A stretch of 64,000 nt of DNA, taken from the IMG/VR virus record IMGVR_UViG_3300005142_000031; one strand, 5' to 3'. The stretch's first letter is position 1, and each line of letters opens with the position of its first letter. Made by a program: the position numbers and the translations under genes. Positions 47,659 through 55,081 of this stretch are shown piece after piece. The notes under the pieces were generated by a model that worked only from the letters and a program-made list of their open reading frames with translations, was not told the DNA's origin and did no database searches. The stretch is from an uncultured virus (IMG/VR IMGVR_UViG_3300005142_000031) (lineage: Duplodnaviria > Heunggongvirae > Uroviricota > Caudoviricetes).

Positions 47659-48059
47659 CAGAGCTTGGTCCCCACCCACTTCTGCTGAGTGTCGTCCCAC
47701 TCGAACTCGCGAACAGCGAACTTGGCGACCGCCTCCCAGCTGCCGTTCGTGGTCTCGCACTTCTCGCGCTTGAACAGGTTGCGCCCGCCCTCCTTCATCT
47801 CGGAACGGTCGACCACAACCAGGAACTCATTGGGCCCGGCCGTGTCCCAGTAGAAACCGAGGTCGCCGGGGCCAGCGACCAGCACCGCGAGCTCTCCCGT
47901 CAGCGGGTCATAGAGCGAATCGACCACCTTCAGGTGCAGCTTCAGATCGGTGTGCCCCAACCGCATCCTGCCGGTGACCTCTCCCGTGATCCTGTTGTCG
48001 GGACCCCGGCGCAGCGGCATCTGGAACGTGTCTGCCGCCTTGAAGAGGGGGTTGCTCAT
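47658..48059 (-). CDS. Hypothetical protein
   Basis: Translationally coupled on both sides. Confidence 0.7.
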   Translation of the reverse strand: MSNPLFKAADTFQMPLRRGPDNRITGEVTGRMRLGHTDLKLHLKVVDSLYDPLTGELAVLVAGPGDLGFYWDTAGPNEFLVVVDRSEMKEGGRNLFKREKCETTNGSWEAVAKFAVREFEWDDTQQKWVGTKL

Positions 48060-48292
48060 ACCGTTGCCTCCCGGATCGTCGGCGCACCCTTGCCGGTGGT
48101 GATGATGTACTCGCCAAGGCGGATGCCGTGCCACCGGGCCGTCACCGTCAGCTGGCGCACCCCGTCACCGACATCGATCACCGCCGTGACCTCCCATTCG
48201 CTCGGCTCGTCATTGAGCCCCTTGAACAGCGGAGCATTGCCCCGCACGACGTCACCCGTCTCGAGCTCGTTGACCACGTCCATGACGCTCAT
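48056..48292 (-). CDS. Hypothetical protein
   Basis: ATGA overlaps; beta-rich, 78 aa. Confidence 0.7.
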   Translation of the reverse strand: MSVMDVVNELETGDVVRGNAPLFKGLNDEPSEWEVTAVIDVGDGVRQLTVTARWHGIRLGEYIITTGKGAPTIREATV

Positions 48293-49128
48293 GCCTTGCC
48301 ATCCTTGGTGCTGATCTGCTTGACGATGTCGAAGTCCGGCAGCGGGGTGTCGAACGACCAGCCTAGGCCCATCAGCAGCGCGCCGAGGGCCTTACGGCCA
48401 ATATCGTCGTTCGGGATCGCGAGGTGCATCGACGCATACCCCTCTGGTCCCTTCTTCTTGACCAGTACCGTGCTGCCCAGCTTCTCGGCCGTGTCGGGCG
48501 CTCCCAGAGCGGGGCCCTCGAGACGAAGGGACAACTGGTCGTTCTTGACCCGGGCCGCCGCCTTCAGCTGCTCGCTAAGCGCCACGACCGCATAGCAACT
48601 GGCCTTATCCGACCCATGGACCGGCTGGTACAGCTTGTTGCTGTCTCGCAGGTGCGCCAGGCTGGCCTTCATCGCCTGATCGACGGTCAGCACCGACCAG
48701 GAGCCGGCCTGCGGGGTCGCCGTCGGCGGCATGTCGGGTTCCGGCGAGGCGGGCGCCTCGTCCTTCGGCTCGCCGGCGGCATGTCCTTGCGACAGCGCCT
48801 TGAGCTTGTCCATCGCCGATGACGGCGCGGCCTGGGCCGGCGGCGCCTTGGGCGTCTCCTGGCCCTTGACGTGCTCGACATACAGGGCGTTGAGCGTGTC
48901 CTTCAGCCACTTCTTGTCGGCCCAGAGCCCGTTGCCCTTGGCGATCGCCTTCAGCGTCTCGGCCTTGATGCTGTGCTTGGCGATCACCTCGCCGTCCTTG
49001 GCGACCTTCAGCATCGACGGCGTCACGACGAAAGTCATGCCGTGCTTCTTCAGCCCAACATAGGTGCCCTTGTAGCCGACGGCGTCGGCCACCTGTTCCA
49101 TGTCCACGGATTTCACGATCACGGCCAC
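48289..49128 (-). CDS. Hypothetical protein
   Basis: Own promoter and SD; two domains joined by a P/A-rich linker. Confidence 0.75.
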   Translation of the reverse strand: MAVIVKSVDMEQVADAVGYKGTYVGLKKHGMTFVVTPSMLKVAKDGEVIAKHSIKAETLKAIAKGNGLWADKKWLKDTLNALYVEHVKGQETPKAPPAQAAPSSAMDKLKALSQGHAAGEPKDEAPASPEPDMPPTATPQAGSWSVLTVDQAMKASLAHLRDSNKLYQPVHGSDKASCYAVVALSEQLKAAARVKNDQLSLRLEGPALGAPDTAEKLGSTVLVKKKGPEGYASMHLAIPNDDIGRKALGALLMGLGWSFDTPLPDFDIVKQISTKDGKA

Positions 49129-49162
49129 CTCTACCCTCCTTGGTTTGGTGAACCCTTCATCC

Positions 49163-49190
49163 AGTCTAACAAAAGACGTAGCTGGGTAAA
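49163..49190 (-). promoter_or_regulatory. Putative sigma70-type promoter
   Basis: TTTACC-16 bp-TAGACT. Confidence 0.6.
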
Positions 49191-49200
49191 GGAAAAGGAC

Positions 49201-49929
49201 TCACCCCCAGATCGACATCGGAGATTTTACCGGTACCGCATCCTTGGGCAAGCCACGCGGACCGGATCTGAGACTGGTCTTGCCGCTGTAGCTCTTGCCG
49301 CTGTAGCTGAACTTGATCGGATCGGCCTCCTTGACGCCGAAGTGCTTGACCAGGAAGTCGACCTGCTTCTTGGTCTCGACAGCCTTCTCGCAATAGTGTT
49401 TCCGGACATGGGCGATCGCATCAGCCTCCCCGGTCATGTGCGCATAGAGCGCCGCCAGGAACAACCCGGTTCGGCCATGCCCACCGATACAGCCGGCATG
49501 CACCTTGTGGCCGGCATGCAGCTGGTCGACTGTCCAGGTGATCAGCTGCTTGAACAACTCCGGATCGTCCGGGGCGTGCATATCGGTGATCGGGAAATAC
49601 ACCTCATGCCCCGGCGTCCACGGGAAGCGCCGCGAGGTCTTCTGCATCGAACCGTCGAAACCGATGTAAACGTCGGCGTCCTTGACCACCGGCGTCTTGC
49701 AGCTGGAGCCCCAGACGGTGAACTCGCCGATCTTGAGCGCCGGGTGGGTCGCGTGGCAGGGCGTGTAGGAATAACCCTTGCCGCCTTTTCCGCTCTTGGA
49801 GACGATCTCTTCATCCTCCCACCACGGAACGTCGGCACCACCCGATTTCCTGCTGACCGTGGTGCCCGACCAGAGCGGGATCACCTGACAGGCGGTCTGA
49901 GCCGACACGCCTTTTTTCTTCTTCGACAT
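49201..49929 (-). CDS. Cys-dependent (PTP/dual-specificity) phosphatase
   Basis: FPITDMHAP acid loop, P-loop HAGCIGGHGRTG (CX5R), AVETKKQ Q-loop. Confidence 0.9.
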   Translation of the reverse strand: MSKKKKGVSAQTACQVIPLWSGTTVSRKSGGADVPWWEDEEIVSKSGKGGKGYSYTPCHATHPALKIGEFTVWGSSCKTPVVKDADVYIGFDGSMQKTSRRFPWTPGHEVYFPITDMHAPDDPELFKQLITWTVDQLHAGHKVHAGCIGGHGRTGLFLAALYAHMTGEADAIAHVRKHYCEKAVETKKQVDFLVKHFGVKEADPIKFSYSGKSYSGKTSLRSGPRGLPKDAVPVKSPMSIWG

Positions 49930-49955
49930 GGGGTGCCCTCCTTGGCTTTCCCGGG

Positions 49956-51023
49956 TTACGCCGCCCGCTCGACCTTCTTGACGAAGACGTTGGGCAGGAT
50001 CTCGACATGGCTGGCGAGGAACGCCGCCTTCTCGGCCTTCTCCTTGGCCTTGGCCTCCAGCGCGGCCTGCTTCGCCGCGGCAACCGCCGCAGGGTCATGC
50101 TGGGTCTGGTGCTTCTTCTCCGCCCCGTAATCTCCGAGCGCGCCGGCCGCCTCGACCGCGTACCAGTCGACCCACGTCCGGGGCAGGAACGCCTCGCCGA
50201 GGACCCCGGCAATGTCCTGCATCAGGGTGTCGTCCTCGACCTTGACATAGGGGTCGATCTTCGCGTCGTCACTGGTAATCAGCGACGGGATCTGACCCGA
50301 CCGCTGGACATCGAGGATGCGCAGCAAAGCCACGCCATTACCATTCCGGAACAGCATCGATTTGTTGAATATTTGGCCACCATTGTGCTGCAAAGTCCAG
50401 ACGATGTCGAGCATCATTTCGCCTGAGTAGACACCATGGATAAAGCGGTCGAGCACGTCGGCGATCTCCGCCCACTTCTTGCCGCCGTAGCCGGACGACC
50501 AGCTTCCATTATGGAACGCCCAGGCCATCGCCCGGGTCCATTTGCCGATATTGCAGGACGGCGCCTTCTTCGGGAACAGCGTCATCGCCGAATGGGCATC
50601 GTCCGGGATCGAGCCATAGTACGTCGCGGCGCCCGACGAGATGTTCTCGCTGATGTGTTTCTTGACGTCCTTCTTGTTCTGGCAGTGTCGGCTCTCCCGA
50701 GTGCAGATCAGCAGCAGGTAGTAGAAGGCTCGCACCGCCAGGGCGCCGGCTTCCCGATTGTACAGGTCGGCGATCCACTGAACCTCGCCCAGTGGCTGGT
50801 AGGGGGCATAGCGCTGCTTGATCACGGCCATGGCGTGGTTCAGGGCGTAGAACCGCAGGGCAGAGCGTTCCGGGGTCGGCCAGGTCGAGTTGTCGCTGTT
50901 GAATTCGAGGTAGCCGGCCAGGGTGTTGGCCACGGTCTGGCTTGGCACCTTGCTGAAATCGGTCTTGGTCACCAACGGCCGGCGGTCGTGGAAGGCCATG
51001 CAGTCGCGCGGAAGGTCGCTCAT
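49956..51023 (-). CDS. Conserved-looking hypothetical protein (ICTRESRH, YGGKKW, QHNGG motifs)
   Basis: 355 aa with enzyme-like motif spacing, between the two phosphatases; family not recognised. Confidence 0.75.
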   Translation of the reverse strand: MSDLPRDCMAFHDRRPLVTKTDFSKVPSQTVANTLAGYLEFNSDNSTWPTPERSALRFYALNHAMAVIKQRYAPYQPLGEVQWIADLYNREAGALAVRAFYYLLLICTRESRHCQNKKDVKKHISENISSGAATYYGSIPDDAHSAMTLFPKKAPSCNIGKWTRAMAWAFHNGSWSSGYGGKKWAEIADVLDRFIHGVYSGEMMLDIVWTLQHNGGQIFNKSMLFRNGNGVALLRILDVQRSGQIPSLITSDDAKIDPYVKVEDDTLMQDIAGVLGEAFLPRTWVDWYAVEAAGALGDYGAEKKHQTQHDPAAVAAAKQAALEAKAKEKAEKAAFLASHVEILPNVFVKKVERAA

Positions 51024-51072
51024 GGGATCACCATCCTTGGTTTCGTTGTCCCACAGACATCGTCGCTAAGGT

Positions 51073-51711
51073 CTACTCCCTGGTCAAGGAAAAGACCCAC
51101 TGCACCCAGGCGCGCAAGGCCAGCCGGACGAGGTGCCGGCGACAGCGTCCGACCGGAAACGTCGCAACGAACTGCTCCTGGGCCTTGGTCTCCACTGCAC
51201 GCTCACTGTAGACGGCGCGGACGTAACTGACCGGATCGAGCGCCCCGACCACCTTGGCGATGCAGGCCAGGAACAACCCGGTCCGGCCCCGCCCCGCCCC
51301 ACACCCGACATAGACCTGACGGCCTTCAGCCAGGGCATCGAGCGTCTGGCAGATGGCCCGTGTCAGGGCATCCGCGTCGGGCACCCCGAAATCTCGGATG
51401 TCGAGCTCGATCGAGGCGGGGCGCCGGCTCTCCATGGCCAACTTGACGGTGAAGGCGTCCTTAGGAGCCACCGCGAACGGACCGCCCTGGACTACCACCC
51501 GCAGCGGGCCGATCGACAGCGGAAGGTTGCCCAGCGGGTCCGGGCCATAGGTCCAGGCCCTGCCATAGTCCAGCCTCCCGGTGCCGCGGACATCGGGTTC
51601 CCCGGTCCTCGGGTCCGGCGCGATGCCCTTCTTCCCGGCGGCCGGGGTCGCCCGGCCCATCACGAAGCCCCGCTCCTCTCCGGTGAGGAACGGATCATCC
51701 TTCTTGTCCAT
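51073..51711 (-). CDS. Second Cys-dependent (PTP/dual-specificity) phosphatase
   Basis: IRDFGVP acid loop, VYVGCGAGRGRTG (CX5R), AVETKAQ. Confidence 0.9.
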   Translation of the reverse strand: MDKKDDPFLTGEERGFVMGRATPAAGKKGIAPDPRTGEPDVRGTGRLDYGRAWTYGPDPLGNLPLSIGPLRVVVQGGPFAVAPKDAFTVKLAMESRRPASIELDIRDFGVPDADALTRAICQTLDALAEGRQVYVGCGAGRGRTGLFLACIAKVVGALDPVSYVRAVYSERAVETKAQEQFVATFPVGRCRRHLVRLALRAWVQWVFSLTRE

Positions 51712-51735
51712 CGTCGGCCCTCCTTGGCCTGGGTT

Positions 51736-51749
51736 TGCAATCAATTGCA
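51736..51749. repeat. Dispersed palindrome (intergenic)
   Basis: TGCAATCAATTGCA just upstream of the phosphatase SD. Confidence 0.95.
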
Positions 51750-51751
51750 GA

Positions 51752-52096
51752 TCAGCGGTTGCCTGCCAGCCCGCCGGCAATCCGCCGCAAAGCATCCTCG
51801 TCGTCGGTCAGGCGCAGGGTGCGCCGACCTGGACGCGGCCGGGGACCGGACGGGGGTCCGGCCACCGTCATCGCGGTCTTCTCGTCGGTGGCCAGAACGT
51901 CGATGTCGACCACCACGCCGTCATCAATCCGCATGACGTAGTGCTCGTAGCGGCGGTTGCCGCGCTGATGACGCAGCGGCACCGAGTGACGAGCCATCCA
52001 GGCGACGCGCTCGGCGACCTTGCCGTACATGCCGAGCCGGCGCGCCTTGACGGTCACGTCGTCGGTCACGTCGAACTGTCGGAATCCGGTGGTCAT
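51752..52096 (-). CDS. Hypothetical protein
   Basis: ATGA-coupled to the CsrA-like gene; H..GNRRY motif. Confidence 0.7.
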   Translation of the reverse strand: MTTGFRQFDVTDDVTVKARRLGMYGKVAERVAWMARHSVPLRHQRGNRRYEHYVMRIDDGVVVDIDVLATDEKTAMTVAGPPSGPRPRPGRRTLRLTDDEDALRRIAGGLAGNR

Positions 52097-52389
52097 CGCT
52101 GTCGCCTCTCCTTCGGCTGCTTGGCGCCAGTATACATGTCCTTGCGCAGGATCGTGACCTCCCTGGGCGCATCCACGGCCACCCTGGCAGTCAGCACCTG
52201 TGCCCGGTCTCCCACCGACAGGAAGACGTTGGGCATGACCTCGGTGGCACGGTCATCGACGATGTCGAACACCGCGCCATCCGGGCGCTGCACCTGGATA
52301 TGGTGGTCCGAGAACACCTCGTGGACGACGAGCTTGTGGTCGTCCACGAAAAACTCCTCGCCCTTGCGGAGCGTCAGGATCAAAGGCAT
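52093..52389 (-). CDS. csrA: CsrA/RsmA-like RNA-binding protein with ~35-aa insertion or tandem repeat
   Basis: N-terminus LILTLRKGEEF resembles CsrA MLILTRRVGE; C-terminus RVAVDAPREVTILRKD resembles VRIGVNAPKEVSVHREE including the key Arg. Confidence 0.75.
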   Translation of the reverse strand: MPLILTLRKGEEFFVDDHKLVVHEVFSDHHIQVQRPDGAVFDIVDDRATEVMPNVFLSVGDRAQVLTARVAVDAPREVTILRKDMYTGAKQPKERRQR

Positions 52390-52393
52390 GGCA

Positions 52394-54475
52394 TCATCCC
52401 TGGCCGAGAACGCCGTAGGCCACGTACTCCGCGGGCAGCGCCCCGGCGAACTCCCGGACATCCTTGCCGGACTGGTTCATCAGGGCGATGATCTGCCGCA
52501 CCGAATCGGGGCCGACGACGGGATCATCCTTGATCGCCTGCGACACTACCACAAGCCCTTCGGCCGACAACAGGTCGTTGAGCGAGTCCACTATGGGCAG
52601 CACCGTCAGACCCGCCGCCTCCGCGGTCGCCTGATGGTCGGTGATCAGCACCACCTTGTCCTTGATCCCCAGGGACTGCAGCCAGCCGATGATCGCCTTG
52701 TCGCTGATGCCAGCCTTGGTCTCGGTCGGCGGGAACAGGCTGACGATCGGATCAGTTTCCGGGCTGGGTGGCTGCGGGCGCCGGATGTCGAGGTACACCG
52801 TGCCGTCCACAGCCGCCAGCTGGTCCTCGAGACCGCTCAACCACTGACTGGTACCCTGGTTTGGCATGTGCTGCTGCAGTCGGTACAGCTTGCCGGCCGC
52901 CGGCGTGTCGCTGGCTGCCAGCGTCCCCGCCTTGTCCATCGCCCAAGCCAACACCGTCTGCACCGCGTCGTGCTGCGATCCATCGATCACCGGAACATCG
53001 ATGTCGAGCCAGACATGGCCGGTGCCGCCGTCGATGGTGACCTTCTTACCGGCAACGATATAGGCCGCACCGGTACAGCCGACCACGCAGGGCTGATCCA
53101 TCGAGCGGGCGACCACCGCAGCGTGGCTGGTGGCACCACCGCGGCTGGTCAGGATACCGGCCGCGGCCTCCATGCCGGCAATATCGTCCGGCGTGGTCTC
53201 TTCGGCGACCAGGATCGCCGTCTTGCCCATCTTGACCGCCTCGTCCGCCGACAGGCAGGCAATCCCGGTGACCACACCGGGGCTCGCCGGCAGCCCCTCG
53301 TAGAGCGGCGGGGTATTGAACGCCGGATCGACCATCGGCCGGGTTGCCAGGGCGAGCTGGCTGGGCTTGATCCGCTTGAGCGCTTCGTCCCGGTCGATCA
53401 GTTCCTCCTCGACCAGGTCGACGGCGATGCGGAACGCCGCCAGGGCCGAGCGCTTGCCGACCCGGCACTGCAGCAGGTAGAGCACACCGTCCTGGACCGT
53501 GAACTCCAGGTCCATCATGTCCCGGTGATACTCCTCCAGCTTGCGGGCGATGCCGTACAACTGCTCGGTCTGCTGGGGCCACAGGTCCATCATCTCGACG
53601 ATCGAGTACGGCGTCCGGGTGCCGGCGACCACGTCCTCGCCCTGGGCATTGGGCAGGAACTCGCCGAGGATCTCGTTGTCCCCGGTCGACGGGTTGCGGG
53701 TGAACATCACCCCCGAGCCCGAGTCGTCGTTCATGTTGCCAAACACCATGGCCTGGACGTTGACCGCGGTGCCCATCGCCTCGTCGATGCCGTTCATCTG
53801 GCGGTAGTGCTTGGCCCGGTCGTTGTTCCAGGACTCGAACACGGCGAGCATCGCGGAGCGCAGCTGCTCCCAGGGGTCATCCGGGAAGCTGTCCCCGGTA
53901 ACCTCCTTGAACGCCAACTTCAGCCGGGCGACCAGTCCTTCCAGCGCGTTCACCGAAAGGTCGCTGTCGAGCAGAGCCTCGTCGGCGGCCTTGAAGTCGT
54001 CTACGATCTGGTCGAACACCTTGGCGTCGATGCCGAAGGCGGTGGTGCCGAGCATCTGGATCAGCCGGCGGTAGCTGTCGAGCGCCGCCCGCTCGCCGAT
54101 GCGCTCCTTCCAGGCTGTCAGGTTCTTGTTGCTCAGCCCGACGTTGAGGATCGTGTCCATCATGCCGGGCATCGACAGAGGTGCTCCGGAGCGCACGCTG
54201 ACCAGCGGCATGAAGCCGAACTGCGAGCGCAACCAGGTCATCTGCTTCTCGACCTGCTCCATCAGATCGTCGATCATCTTGGCATCGAAACCGTCGCCCT
54301 TGCGCACCGCGTGGCAGACCGAGGTCGCGATGGTAAACCCCGGTGGCACCGGGATATCCATCTCGGTCATCAGGGCGAGGCCGTAGCCCTTGCCACCTAG
54401 CACATCCTTGCCGTGCGACAGCACGGGCGAGGTGCCCGGGCCGAAGCGAAACATCGGGAACACCATCTTGGTCAT
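52394..54475 (-). CDS. PPDK-like dikinase: ATP-grasp and phospho-His domains, lacking the pyruvate-binding barrel
   Basis: LGGKG, PVPPGFTI, LVSVRSGA..SMPGMMDT, GTAVNVQAMVFGN, QGEDVVAG, DLEFT, LLQCR, GGATSHAAVVAR; then ~175 unrelated aa. Start 54475 or 54484. Confidence 0.9.
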   Translation of the reverse strand: MTKMVFPMFRFGPGTSPVLSHGKDVLGGKGYGLALMTEMDIPVPPGFTIATSVCHAVRKGDGFDAKMIDDLMEQVEKQMTWLRSQFGFMPLVSVRSGAPLSMPGMMDTILNVGLSNKNLTAWKERIGERAALDSYRRLIQMLGTTAFGIDAKVFDQIVDDFKAADEALLDSDLSVNALEGLVARLKLAFKEVTGDSFPDDPWEQLRSAMLAVFESWNNDRAKHYRQMNGIDEAMGTAVNVQAMVFGNMNDDSGSGVMFTRNPSTGDNEILGEFLPNAQGEDVVAGTRTPYSIVEMMDLWPQQTEQLYGIARKLEEYHRDMMDLEFTVQDGVLYLLQCRVGKRSALAAFRIAVDLVEEELIDRDEALKRIKPSQLALATRPMVDPAFNTPPLYEGLPASPGVVTGIACLSADEAVKMGKTAILVAEETTPDDIAGMEAAAGILTSRGGATSHAAVVARSMDQPCVVGCTGAAYIVAGKKVTIDGGTGHVWLDIDVPVIDGSQHDAVQTVLAWAMDKAGTLAASDTPAAGKLYRLQQHMPNQGTSQWLSGLEDQLAAVDGTVYLDIRRPQPPSPETDPIVSLFPPTETKAGISDKAIIGWLQSLGIKDKVVLITDHQATAEAAGLTVLPIVDSLNDLLSAEGLVVVSQAIKDDPVVGPDSVRQIIALMNQSGKDVREFAGALPAEYVAYGVLGQG

Positions 54476-54512
54476 CTTCACCATCCTTGGTTAGTTTCCT
54501 ATGACCATCTTC

Positions 54513-54540
54513 AGTCTAGCACAGGACTAGACTTGTTCAA
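54513..54540 (-). promoter_or_regulatory. Putative sigma70-type promoter of the PPDK-like/CsrA/phosphatase operon
   Basis: TTGAAC-16 bp-TAGACT. Confidence 0.65.
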
Positions 54541-55045
54541 AACTGGATTGTCTTGAGTCGCCCCAGTAGAGGCCAAGCATCCGTGCCTGAAAGAACATCC
54601 GATCTGCCCGACCCGCCGCGGCCTCGCGCGACGTCTCCCAGTCGTTGCGCTCCTGGTCATCGACCAGCAGCAGGGCGATCAGCACACCCTGGTTCTGGGT
54701 GTCGGCGAACACCCCCTCATCGACCAGCTTGAGATTGAACAGCATCACCGACAGCAGGGCGCCGAGCAGGTCCTCGTCAGCCCCGGCCGGGCGCAACAGA
54801 GCTCTGGCGGTATCGTCAATGCGCCGGGCATAGAGCTTGGCGGTGACGCCATCGCAGGTCTTCAGCGGCTCGACCGCCGCCAGGTTCAGCCGGTGGGTCA
54901 GGTCGTCCTCGACCTCATACAGACCCCTGGCCTTCAGACTCTCCAGCACCAGCGCCAGCATGTGCGCCGGCAGCGCCCGTTCGAGGATCTGCTGCTCGGT
55001 GGTCGCCGGCGGCGGGCGTCGGACGATCGATGGTCTTGCCTCCAT
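54527..55045 (-). CDS. Hypothetical helical protein
   Basis: SD AAGGAGG; follows the terminase. Confidence 0.7.
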   Translation of the reverse strand: MEARPSIVRRPPPATTEQQILERALPAHMLALVLESLKARGLYEVEDDLTHRLNLAAVEPLKTCDGVTAKLYARRIDDTARALLRPAGADEDLLGALLSVMLFNLKLVDEGVFADTQNQGVLIALLLVDDQERNDWETSREAAAGRADRMFFQARMLGLYWGDSRQSSFEQV

Positions 55046-55065
55046 GGCGGCCTCCTTGGCCATCG

Positions 55066-55079
55066 TGCAATCAATTGCA
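55066..55079. repeat. Dispersed palindrome (intergenic, 2 bp from the TerL stop)
   Basis: TGCAATCAATTGCA. Confidence 0.95.
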
Positions 55080-55081
55080 AA

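Noticed and set aside
52394..54484. Calling the gene ppdK, an auxiliary gene of central carbon metabolism
   Set aside because: The pyruvate/PEP-binding C-terminal barrel is missing, so PPDK activity is not supported.
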